A DNA stretch of 64,000 nt. Origin: Takakia lepidozioides (Eukaryota; Plantae; Bryophyta). A model generated the notes under the pieces. It worked only from the letters and a program-made list of their open reading frames with translations, did no database searches and was not told where the DNA came from. Below are positions 39,902 through 51,239 of this stretch, one piece after another. A program made the translations under genes and the position numbers. Where the stretch lies: NCBI GenBank assembly GCA_030704615.1, contig CM060731.1:7068001-7132000 (forward strand). Reading direction: 5' to 3'. The stretch's first letter is position 1. The number at the start of each line of letters is the position of its first letter.

Positions 39902-41034
39902 CTCTGATACATGATACATATATACATGATGTGTGCAGAGGCATGGATAGCTGAAGGAGCAGGGATAGAGTGCATGGGTCCAGATTCATCCAAGAGGGCC
40001 GGATTTCAATCTCCAGATTACATATGATTCCCTGTGGAAGCATAGCTACAAGAAACCTGTATGGATAGATGATCAATTGGTTGGTCTTGAGCTAAAGAGC
40101 ACGACCCCTGCAGGGATGTCTCTCCATCTGTAGATCTTTTAGGAAGTGGAAGGCTAGGCCTAGGGCCCAGCTTTCTTATGACATTGTTAGCTGATTTTCA
40201 GTTCTTCTCCTTAGCTCGGTGCCTTTCTGTTTCCAAGTTATGGCAGTAGTTTCTGGCTGCAGTCTCTTTTCCTGCTAGACTCTTTAGCTCTATGCAGACC
40301 CCCTTCTTTGCTTGCCTTCCTTCTTACTACTCTTTCTTGTCTTGGTACGCGAAGCTGTGTCTTCCTCTTTCAGCCTCTATGGCACTCTATCCAGAGGTTA
40401 TTTTTCCTCTTTGTATCCAAGGACATTTTATGTCCATTACCTATAAAGTTCTAGAGGCCACTGTCCCCCACTGTCCCTCTTTGTTAACAAAAATAAAAAT
40501 AATAAAAAAAGACAACAATGGCTTCCATTCTATTTTCCTAGATACCTAATAAGAATTTAAATCAATTAATAATCTAAATATTATGTATGATTTAATTTAT
40601 TAAGTTAAAATATTTATTAAAAAATCTCTTTAGTCATGAAGTTATATACTCATGACTACATCATGGCAACGTGGCATTATATGATACGATATTCTTTCCC
40701 ATGTGTGGGTCATGTATGTTGTCCATGTGGACACGTGTCACATCCGGAGTGCTACATATGTTTCTCTGACGCCTCTCCAATGGAGTTATACTTTGTAGAC
40801 ATGTAGTCATATAGTTAGTCATATATAAATCATATAGTTGTGACTACATCCTCATTACAGCATGACTCCAGGTGCCACGCACGCAGTCACGGCTATGACT
40901 TGCAAAACGCAGTCCTAAAGACTAGTCGCTATGACAGGGTTTTTTTTCACTGCAGAGTGATATAGTCATGAACGCATATAGGACTGAAAAAATAGTCATA
41001 TGTGCAGTCATAAAAACGCTCATCTGTTGTAGTG
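36853..41034. mobile_element. Non-autonomous Pack-CACTA element 2 (4.2 kb)
   Basis: 24-bp TIRs CACTACAA(G/C)AGATGAGCGTTTTTA, 3-bp TSD CGT (36850-52 and 41035-37), ATGACT/AGTCAT subterminal repeats; L1 ORF2 continues across the site. Confidence 0.96.
37621..37719 (+). pseudogene. Captured single PPR (P-type) motif inside CACTA 2
   Basis: DVVSWNAMIVGYA...MEAL...EQMMQEG, with close nucleotide similarity to the P2 motif at ~18559-18654. Confidence 0.8.
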
Positions 41035-41482
41035 CGTCTTCGGCCTCTCCTGATCTGGACTCGGCAGATGGTAACTGGAAGCACATAAAGAGGGGATCTA
41101 AATCTAAGTTGATCTTCCTCAGATAGACATCTTCAGAGTTTCGCTCCTTGGCCGTTCTAGCCTGTGCTCATACTGTTCGTCGTTCCGTTCGGTTCCCTCT
41201 ACACTAGGGCACCTCTCTCTCATGGAGGTTTTCACTGCTATGAACTAATCCCAGATTAGCTCTCTGCACTATGGGCAAATCTTGCAACCAATAATAGATA
41301 GGTCTACCAGAGCTGCATGAGTAGTTAGGTCTATTTTCTACCCTATTCACTGATCGTTGGAATATCCAACACGGTCCCCGTGTGTTAAGCCTCATGGCAA
41401 TATGTAAGGGTTTAATTTTTTTCCCCTTTTTAATAAATTTTCAGGGCCTCTCATCCCTTTAAAAAATAAAAAATAAAAAAAT

Positions 41483-41689
41483 ACAAATAGCAATTTAGCT
41501 TTTTCTATTTCCCCGCCTCTAAGGGATCCTTAGAGTGAATGTAAATAGTAATTTATCTTTTTTTTATTTTCTTACTCTAAGTAATACTTAGATCGAATGT
41601 AAATAACAAATTAGTTTTTTTCTGTTTTTTCACTCTAGAAAACCCCTAGAGCAGCTCTAAAGGATTCTTAGAGCGAATATAAATAGCAA
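41483..41689. repeat. AT-rich degenerate tandem repeat (AATGTAAATAG...TTTTT...CTAAGGGAT), continuing at 53151-53470 across the inserted retroelements
   Basis: AAATAGCAATTTAGCTTTTTCTATTT at ~41485 and ~53155; repeated TAAGGGATC(A/C)TTAGA units. Confidence 0.7.
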
Positions 41690-44421
41690 GAGAGAGAGAG
41701 AGAGAAGACTCCGGCCAAAGCCGACGTAACTAAGAGCCACTTCGCCTCATGGCTACTGCCCCCTCTCGGGGTCCCTCTCTAAAAGGTGTCCATAGGACAC
41801 TAGGAGCCTAGAGGAGCAAGGTACCGTGGGTACCTGGGGTACCTTGGGTACCCTAGGCACCCCATGAGTCAGAGAAGGGTTAGATTCGAGTTTACGTTTG
41901 TTAGTAATAATAGTTGTGAGGGAGCGGAGGGCTGTCAGGTGTATTGCTTTGAAACATTTATGAATGGAGAGGATAGGGAGTTTAAAGTTAGTGTGTAGTG
42001 CATCGATACTGGCGTTATGAATGCCGCCTCTAGTGCCAGCCGTGATAACCGTCAAAGGACCAGTGACCCAACCCTTATGTCGGAGCGCAAGGATAAGTGG
42101 CGCATATTTTAGCCGTTTGTCTAGCATTGAGTCAGCGGGGTATCGATCATGGCAGTATGTGAACTCAATAAAGTGGATGGTAAGGTTCGGGGTTGGGGCG
42201 GTGGGTGGGGGGGAGTTTATGGGTAAACCATGTACAAGCAAGATGTCCGGGCATAGTCTGGCGGGGCAAGTGCAGGGGGAGGGGGAGCAAGTACAGGGGA
42301 GAAGCCAGTGTGGGACAGTGTGGTCTGCGGGTCGTCCTTGGTAGGTGCCAGCGTTGATTAGCGAGAACCATCTCGTCTTGGCGCGATGTAGGAGGAGTTT
42401 ATGGATGTGCCAGACTGCTTGGTTATGGCGGGTTATACGAAGCCCGTGGATGACCGGGTGTGTGCATTGGCTAAGAAGGTGTGGCCAGGTGTCACGTTCC
42501 TGGTGGGTATGAGAACAGAGGGGACAATGCGGCCAGAAAATGTGTTTACGCTGATGTCCCATATGTTGTGCGTATCGGAATTTAAAGCGTTTGTTTGATT
42601 TGGGCGTCATAGTAGCTAGCTGCTTTGGAGTGCCAAAAGTAGTTTGAGAGTTTGTTATGGAGTACTGCGGATTGTGTCCATTTCTATATGTATATTTTAG
42701 TGTGGTTAGCAGATACCGAGGTTTGCTTATTGGCTTCTCGAGTAAGGGTTTTCAAAAGGTTGCGTATGGGACGAGGTGCAAGGGGGTCGGGTACGGGGTG
42801 TATTAGCCAGAATGGGTGGGTATGTGCTATGTGGATGGGATCATTGGTAGGGTCAATAGGGGGTTCGTCGGCACCTTCCTGGGCAAGAAGGTCGGCAGCC
42901 TCGTTCCCCGGATACCTGTGTGTGCGCGTACTTTGATAAAGTGAATGGTGGGTTGGTTGATGGAGATAGCCAGGTTGGCGATGGCTGTGATGAGATTACG
43001 GTCAGAGTGATAATGGTGAGAAGATGGGCAGGAGAGGTGGTTGCGGATGAGAAAGAGAGGTGAGGCTGTCTGTGAAGATATAATGTGGAGGGGAGAATGA
43101 GGACAATTGGGTGAGCGCTTCAAATATTGCCATTAGTTATGCACGAAGTATGGTAGCAGGACCAGGAAGTCTGTGAGCGGTGCCCTGATTGGTAGCAGCA
43201 TGGTATACTCCATAACATGCATGGGAGCCGGTGAGGGAGCCGTCGGGTGTAGTGGGAGTGGGATGGCGGAAAATTTGGAAAGTATAATTTGGCAATAGGA
43301 TGGGAGGGGCGGTGGGGAGGGAGGGAGCGTTGGGTAAGGGACGGGCGCAGTATCGCCCTTTTCCATGCCTTGCTTAAGTTAATCCTAGTGAGTGGGCCAG
43401 GTGGGGTGAGGACTGGGTGTGTGAGATGGTGGGGGTAGATGGTGGTTTTTAGCTTGTGAGTGCGCTTAAGGAATTGATCCAGTAAGGCAGGGAAGGTGGG
43501 AGGTATGGTGGGAATGCGTGGTGTGGTGGACATGAAGGAGAAGGGTAAGGGTGGGTTCTTTGTAACGAAGGATTGGGGAGGGGCCGGGTGTGGATGTACC
43601 GGAGCTGGTTAGGTTCGATAGCAGCGAGGAGTGAGGAGTGTTACGATTGTAGGTAGGGTTGGGGGAGGGGGTGGGGACTGTTGGGTAGCTTTTGGTGAGT
43701 GAGTAAGAGGATCGTGACGTTTGATGGGAAGAGAGTGTGTGGCCATACGGGCCCATTGGAGGGCCCCATGTGTGAGGGGGCCTGAAGGGGGTGGGCAAGC
43801 AATCCCCTCCCGCCCCCATGCGTGTTGGGTGGCATGTCCGGTGGCTCCGAAGATGCAGTCTCGGGGGTGGGGGCTAGCAAAAGTTGTGATTCCCATCGCG
43901 CATGTAAGCGGACTGGAATAATATGAATGAGTGAGTTCGAAGGTGGTAACAAGCAGAGAGAGGATATCAGGGGGGATGGTAGTGTCGTGCGCATACATAT
44001 CGCTACACAACTACATCGTTGTCCAAAACCACAAAACATGTGCACACCACACACTAGTATACCACTAGTCCACCACTAGTCCAGCCACTAGATCCAAAAC
44101 ACTAGTCCAACCACTAGGCTACAACTAGTCAGTCACTAGGCTGCCACTATGCTGCCTACTATGGCAGTCACTAGTCCACACAATCGCCCCCCTAGCTGGT
44201 GCTTAGGTCCCTCTAAGTTCAGGTAGCCACAAGATGTGATAGTGACCATAGTCCTCCACCACTATCCCTACTACACTCCAACTCGATAGATCAAGAGGCC
44301 GGGTACAAGAGTTGCCCCATCGTTAGTCGCCGTCTTGCAACCTGTGAACTTTGACTCCTATGAGTTTGGCCTCCCATGTCTTGTGAGCTGCCACTAGTCA
44401 TATCCACTGCCACTATCCCAA

Positions 44422-44553
44422 GCAGTGTGGACATAACCAAATCCATCAGGAACCCTCTCAAGAGGTGGTGTCAAGTATCCCATGTGCCAACCTCTGAGCA
44501 CGATCACACACCAGCATAGTGGCGGCACCACGAACATGCCCACATAGCATGCA
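44422..44553 (-). other. PHD finger at the integrase C-terminus (frameshifted)
   Basis: Reconstructs as CMLC-x7-MLVCDRC-xx-GWHMG(Y)LTPPLERVPDG-x-WLCPHC: a C4-H-C3 PHD pattern with one Cys>Tyr change. Confidence 0.85.
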
Positions 44554-44666
44554 ACGCAATCCTGCAGGTACCACTGCAAGGTTGGGATCTATCCTCCAAT
44601 CCACATGTGGAAGATGACATGGCGCACAATTATGCATATGGTCCTTCCATACCATGCCATCTCGAC

Positions 44667-44971
44667 CCTCCAGAATCAACACTCCTGAAGGCAACACCGC
44701 CCTAACCCTTAGAATCACACGTCCTGCTGTTGTGACATCCAGGTCGTAGCGTTGTCTGTTGCAGATACACATAGTCCCCAGTGGTGGGGGAGGAAACGCC
44801 GAACACCTGGCGCCAATATCCCCTCCAGAATCAACACTCCTGAAGGCAACACCTCCCTAACCCTTAGATCACACGTCCTGCTGTGACATCCAAGGTCGTA
44901 GGCGCTGTCTGTTGCAGATACACATAGTCCCAGGGTGGAAACGCCGAACACCTGGCCAATATCCCCCTCCA
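44667..44971. repeat. ~155-bp tandem duplication in the integrase C-terminal region
   Basis: CTCCAGAATCAACACTCCTGAAGGCAACACC...GCCAATATCCCCCTCC occurs twice with small indels. Confidence 0.85.
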
Positions 44972-44989
44972 CGTATAGTGGCATACCTC

Positions 44990-45900
44990 AATGTGTCTCG
45001 GTGTTGGACAATAGCAAGATTCTCATAATAGACGCAGGCAAATCTGGCTTTCGGCCAAAGAGAAGGAAATATGGTGAGAAGGAGGCAAGTGATGCTTGCT
45101 TGCTAAACCTGTAGCCCATAGCTAGCCAAGGTACCTGAAGATCCCAATCTCCTAGGTGTCCTTTTTGCAAGCCATACTTGCGCAAACCCCTCTTCACCGT
45201 CTGCACCACTCTCTCTGCCTCCTCAGGATGATCCCGAGAAGTGGTACAATGGTCTATCAAGGCTTTATCACCAAGCCGAAACTCCCCCAAACTCCTCTCC
45301 CTTGGTCCGTGAGTACCTCAGCTGGAACACCGAATCGGCTAAGCACACGATCCAGGAATGCATACGCAACCCCCTCACTAGCTTTGTTAGGCAATGGAAC
45401 CAACTCAATCCACTTGGAGAAGTGCTCCACCATCACCAACACATATTTGTGGTGACGCATCGTCAGTGGCAAAGGCCCTGCAAAGTCAAGACTCCACCTG
45501 TAGCCCAATCCCATGATGGGTAAATGATGCAATTGTGGTGTAGGGGCGTTGAATGAAGCACGCACCCTGTCACACACCATGTACCTAGCCACGAACTATT
45601 GCACCTCTGTGTGCATACCACGCCACCAATACTGCCCCTGCAGTAAACTATGAGTGCGTCGCACTCCAAAATGCCCAACTCCTCATGGGCATGCCGCACT
45701 AACCGTGCACGCTGTGTTGGGTGAGGCACAATCCTCACCCGACCATCCTCCCACACTCGAAGCAGGTGTATCCCCTCCCACTTGAACCTCTTGGCTCGTT
45801 GTAGGATCCGATCCGTCTCCTTGGTAGTCACACTAGCTGCCGTGTCTCCAGTGCGGAGGTAGTCCAACACAACCGAATCCTCATGTATATCTCTGGCACC
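44990..45900 (-). pseudogene. Gypsy-type integrase (H2C2 + DDE core)
   Basis: AHEELGHFG...YWWRGM...VCDRV, WSLDFAGPLP, EHFSKWIEL, VLTDQG, AERVVQTVKRGL, SPYFLLFGR. Confidence 0.93.
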
Positions 45901-46619
45901 ACCTGACTCATCACTAGCCTCAGGGTCCTCAGACACTCCGTCCACAGTCATCCTGTGTAGGTCGAACCTGACTCCCGAAGCCAAGATACACAAAAAGGCA
46001 GATGCATGCCATCCCGGCACCATCTCCTCGTCCGTCTCACCATGCCACCGAGCTCCAGTGTCATCCGCTGGCTCGTGCATGGATGCGACTCAATCCATCC
46101 GAATCCCTATGACCAAACACGGTCGATGTACAACCTGAACATGTCTCTCGTGCTCCTCCACCGTAGCACGAGAGGCAAAGCAATTCCTGTAAGCCTCAGG
46201 AACCGCCGTATACGTCGTCTCTCTCCTCTGTGACAATAGGTCCAATGTTAGGCTCCCATTGCCCTTCGTAACTGCAACCTTAAGTCCAGCAGACTTAGAA
46301 GTAGAGGACGCATCCGTGGTTGCTATGCCGCAACCCTCTTGAGCCGTACTCCCTGCCTGCTCAGGCAATGACAAGGCCCTCATCCTGCCCCATCATCTCA
46401 TCCTTGAGGACCTCCTCAACCTGAAGAATCCCCAACCTCATCCCTCACAGCCCGCCATTGGCTGCCACCTTTTCCCTCTGAACCTCGAGCACCTCCCACG
46501 TGTGCCATGGATTGTCTACACCCTGTGGTCCTCACCGGCTCGCCCCACCACTGCCTGTACCGTCTCAAGTAGGCAGAGAGACTGTGTCAAGGGAAGTGTA
46601 CTCCGCACTCTGCGTTGCT

Positions 46620-47580
46620 CAAGCCATAGCCAAGCTGATAATCCAGGTCAAGCAATTGATCCATTGCTTGCCCCAACACCTGACAACGTGATGCCTCAGA
46701 AAGAGACGACAACCGCCGTGGTACCAGTGGTAAAAACCCATTGCCTGCTCACGCTCGTCAGCATTAGGCTCCACTAACTGCTGCAACTGAGCATCCCACA
46801 AGAGGCAAGGTCCACTATCCCGGAAAGCATGCGATCCTGGGAAGTTGAGCAGTGTAGGTAATGCTGCTCGTGGTTGACCCACCTTGTTAACCACTGCCAA
46901 AGGCGAACGGTCATCGTGTCTCACACGCCGAGACTGCCTCCCTGTGTCCAGAATGCTATCCACTGTGAGATGTGCTGGCCGCTGCACCCCATCAAATGCA
47001 TGCTTGAGCAGTGCGGGTGGCATCAAGTTAGTCCATCATAGCCGTGGACGATGAGCCCGTGACCCCACTGTAGCTGCATCTAGCAACACTGCTGACCCAA
47101 GCCACGACCGGACTTGATGCACACTGGCCATTACCCTGGCCCGAGAATCGCTCATCAGTGGCACATTCTCCAAGATGTATGCTGGAGATACAGCTTGATG
47201 AAGCTGCAAGTGGCGCAAAACCCGCACCATCTCCCAAAACAGACCCAACCTTGAATCTCGCAATCCATTGCCATGCCCGGCTGATGAATGCCCTTGGCAG
47301 GGCCAACCTGCCACTACCAGATCAATGGAGCCAACCCGCTCCAAATTTTGCGCCCCCAGCAACGAAATGTCTGCTGGCAAGGCCTGCTGATATCCACGAA
47401 CTGCAGACACCGGCAACAACTCAAGGTATTACTGCACCAACTGAGCAACATGGCGAAGTGAAACGCGTCGTGCAGTCTCATCCCTCTCCACATATAGGTA
47501 ACACCGAACTCGTACACTGCCTGTAACACAGCAGCCAATCCGGTGCTGATCCCGCCAAACAAGTCCAGAAGACAAATGTC
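46620..47580 (-). pseudogene. DNMT3-like DNA (cytosine-5)-methyltransferase domain within the retrotransposon pol
   Basis: Motif I LLDLFGGISTG, II YLYVERDETARRV, IV DLVVAGWPCQGHS (PCQ 47294-47302), VI YILENV (47162-47170), VIII LLDAATVGSRAHRPRL(W)WTNL, IX EPNADEREQAMGF, X VLGQAMD. It has a few 1-nt indels and two stops. Confidence 0.93.
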
Positions 47581-47989
47581 TTCATCCGGATACTGCCACA
47601 CAATAGGTGTGGTATCCAATGGTAACAACGGAGGTGGTCCTGGTGCAATCCCCACACTCTCCTCCTCTCCTGATGGTACAAAAGCCTCCACCCAGGCTTG
47701 TTGCACCCGTCGATCAGCAACCCGCTGCAAATCCTTGCTCGTGCCCCACAATGGAGTCTGAGCAACCATGGCAGGCAACTCCACCATACCATACATGTCA
47801 TCCTGCTCTAGAGATCCCAGAGGTGACACATCCTCTGAATGAGCGTTGCCCTCTAGCAACTCTGCAGGCTAAGTCACTGCAGCTGTGAATGCTGCTAGTG
47901 TCGGCATCTTGCCCCGCTGGGCAACTGCAACTCCTCCTATGAACGTCACAGAGAGCTGCACACGCCGGCCCTCCCCTGAGTGCCATCTA

Positions 47990-50510
47990 GGCCTATAAGA
48001 AGCTGACTCCTCCCAAAAATCCAGGGTGAAGCCCATGGGGTACAACACTGCCCCACCAACTAGGACATCGTACGATACCGCGTCTGTCACAATGGCCTTG
48101 GCTTGCATCACTTAGCCATCTATAGGGTGATCCGGCCATAGTCTGATAGCCAACTCACGCCGTGTCATGCCCCGAGCCTGCTCCGATCCTCCCAGAGACG
48201 TCTATATCTGGAAAGGACAAGGCTCCATATCCGCCTCCGTGAGGCCCAAGCCTGCAATAACAGCTCTGCCCAACATCAATGGCTGAGCTCTCGAGTCCAA
48301 CAAGACCCGCAGTGGCCGGTACCTCTTGCCTGCCGGTCCACTCAAACAGAAAATGCCATCCTGGTTGTCTAACATGACAACTCCAGGTGTCACCATGGCG
48401 CGCTCAATGGTTGGCCTAGCTGGCAGCTCCATCAACCTGGCAGCTGCAACTTGCCATGGCACCGCCGTGGCAGTCTTGACCCTCAAATCCGAGGATCCCT
48501 CCGGCACTACACCTCCCACTATCTCCGCAGAAGATGAAGTAACCTCCCCACTCTCACAGAGTGTAGCTGCCAGCCTGAACACCTCAGCTGGTCTTACCCC
48601 CGGCGTCGCAATCATGGTAGCCGAGAACAATGGAGCCTGACACATAGATGTGGCCGCTCCTAGCAGCACACTAACTGTCGTAGCCTTGGCAACATTAGGT
48701 AGTGGTGCTACCCGTGTAGCTCTCCCCAATGGCATAATAACCTCCGCCTCGGTAACAGTCGGGTGAGAACTAGGTGCCATGGATGGCGTCGACACTGTCT
48801 CCGCCAATGTGAATGACTGAGGAAGCCTAGCCTGACGGCTTGCCTCCCCACGTTGTGGATCCAACTCCACCTCTGCACCTTGTGGCTCAGGAACTCGTGC
48901 TGCTCCTCGAGTCATGGTTGCAGCAGACTCCACCTGCACTAGTGGTAGTGCTGCTCCGTACATGAATCCCATGCCTCCCATATCTCCTCCCTCAGGAGCA
49001 GGAGGTGGACCATCCGGCCTTGGAGCCGGTACCACCTGAGCTCTAGCCATGGCAGCAAGCCTCTGCTCTAGCAGCTGAAGCCGGTTGGCCATGCCTTGGT
49101 CAACACCCTGACCTCCGTGTTCTTGGCCATGTTGAGCTTGCCCTTGGCCTACACCCTGTGCCTGGCCACCTCGTCCTCTTTGGGCTGCTCCCCCTCGCCT
49201 CCGGCCACCATTGTTCCCTTGGAACTGGCCTGGGCGCAACTTGGGATGCAAACCATAACACTGGGCCTCTCCATGCTCGTGCTTGCCACAATGCCCACAC
49301 TGCAACTGTGCAGGCTCTGCATGTGCCGGCCCTTTGCCTCCCTCTGGGCAATCCTTCTTGACGTGGGGTCCTCCACATGTCCAACACATCACATCCGCCC
49401 GTTGTTGGCGTGCAAATGAAGGGAGAGACCCCTGCATCTGAGGTCCTCTCTGCCATTCCCTGAGCTTCACCTAAGCCCCCTTGTTGCCTTGAGCACGTTG
49501 AGGTAGTGGTTGGCTAGGAGCACCACTACCCCGTGGTGTCTCCTTAGCAAATCCCACCATGACCACTCGTTCCTCCACCATGTTGAGCTCTATCCGCTCT
49601 GCCAGCAAAAACACATTTGCTAAGGTGGGTTGGGCCGCTTGTAGGAGAGTTGCATCCCGCACCCTTCTCCTCAGCTCCTTGTCCAATATCCCATACCAGA
49701 ATTGGACTGCCTGAGCTTCCGTAACCCCTTGGGTTATATTTATCAAGCGCCTCATGCGAGTGAAAGCCTCCCTCAAGCTCTCAGTAGGCTTCCGTTGGAA
49801 CTCTTGCAAGCTCCGCAACTTCTCTGTCCTCACCCCTTGGTAGTTCCCTCTCAACTCTTCGAAGAACTCCACAACAGGGTTGAAGGCAGGCACGGGTACT
49901 GGTGCTGGTGCGGTAGTGGCTTGGGTGGACGTCGTAGCTACGGTACCACTAGTCCTACTAGTCCCACTGCTGCTTGCTGAAGCTGCTGGTGCAGCGGCAG
50001 GTGTAGCCACTGCCCTCGTGACTCTAGTGCCCCTAGTGATGGAGACATAGTCAGGTGACCAGTACATCCTCCACTCCTCGATCTCATGCCCCCACCTGAA
50101 CTCATGGTAATCATCCATAGGCGGCCCCTCAAGGTGCTGAAACAGCCCCTTCCATGCCATGATAGGCGTAAATAGTTGTGGATTGCGCATTGCTGCAAAT
50201 CACACCAACTATCAAACTCTTGGATAAAATCATCCAACTCGATGGTGCCCATCGCCCCAGAGTACCTTCGTGGCCCCTTGGTAGCTCCATACATCTCCTC
50301 CATTGTGTCCCACAACAATGGCAAGGAAACAACTTGCACCGCCGGTATGAGTCCTCCTGATTCACAATCCGAATCAGAACCTTCCGTAGAAGACACAAGA
50401 GGTGAAGGTGGTCTAAACTGCACACCTCGTCTCATGTATCCACTAGTATTGCTAGTGCTGGAACCGGCACTGTCCCCAGCAACTAGTGGTACCTCCGTGT
50501 TGACACTCAA
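47990..50510 (-). pseudogene. gag, two zinc knuckles and aspartic protease of the DNMT retrotransposon
   Basis: Retrotrans_gag-like FQRKPTESLREAFTRM; CWTCGGPHVKKDC and CGHCGKHEHGEAQC; RVLLDSRAQP...YDVLVGG. In-frame TAG at 49471-49473. Confidence 0.85.
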
Positions 50511-51239
50511 CCAGTCATGAACATGTCCCTAACCCCCTCTCCACAAGGTAACCGGGTAGAGAACCTGTTGCGGCTTATGGTTTGGAATACTAAGTTCATA
50601 ACATAGCCTACACCTGTACCTGCATCCACCGCAAGCAATCCTATGGTTGGCTGGTCATCACCTCCAACCTCACCACAGGAGAAACAATGATGGTCTGGTT
50701 GGTCATCACCCCAGCCTCACCATCGACAACATGCTCTAGGACTGGCCGGTGATCAAATCCGGACCAATCACCTATAAAAACAAGCACACACACAAAACTA
50801 GCATGGCGCACAGTCAAGCATGCAGGTATAGAGGGGATCCAAACACAAGAAATCAGAACGACAACTCCCCCACATAAAAAACAACTCCTCGGTGTTGCTC
50901 CTGCAAGGACACCCCAGCCCAAACCCGGACTGACTTTTGCCTCCACCTACGGAAAGGTCTTGGCCTAATGAGAGGGTGGAAACTATGAGGAAGAGAAGCT
51001 AAAGCAATGCCTAACCCCAGCATGCCCTCATCCCAACATTCTTCCTCTCCTCTCTTCCCTCACTTGCATGACCATGGGAATATCATGAAGATACTCCTCA
51101 AACCGCCCTCCACGAGCTTCAAAATTCGGCCTTGAAGACCACATGCCAGTCCTTAGGCCGTCCACTAGTGCCTCGACGAGTCAGCACAGGCCATCCACAG
51201 GTCAACACGGGCCACCACAGACCAGCATAGGCCCACACA

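Larger units (their letters stand above)
27135..41482 (+). mobile_element. Near full-length L1-clade LINE (ORF1 DUF4283 + CCHC; ORF2 APE-RT-zf-RVT), degenerate, interrupted by two CACTA elements
   Basis: ORF1 GQGFFSVLL...CYYCGRMGHLKAVC. ORF2 from 32917: SWNIR, FLQEHK, NIYAPN, GGDFN, RLDRFY, KTPGLDG, YRPITLLN, LDFEKAFDKV, CRCC...ESLEHCLLFC. ORF2 resumes after 41037; A-rich tail ~41461-41482. Confidence 0.95.

Noticed and set aside
46620-47580. Methyltransferase as a host DNMT3/DRM gene or bacterial restriction-modification contamination
   Set aside because: It is intronless, collinear with and embedded between retroviral-type protease and RT/integrase remnants, within a TE nest flanked by spliced plant genes, with no cognate nuclease or operon context.
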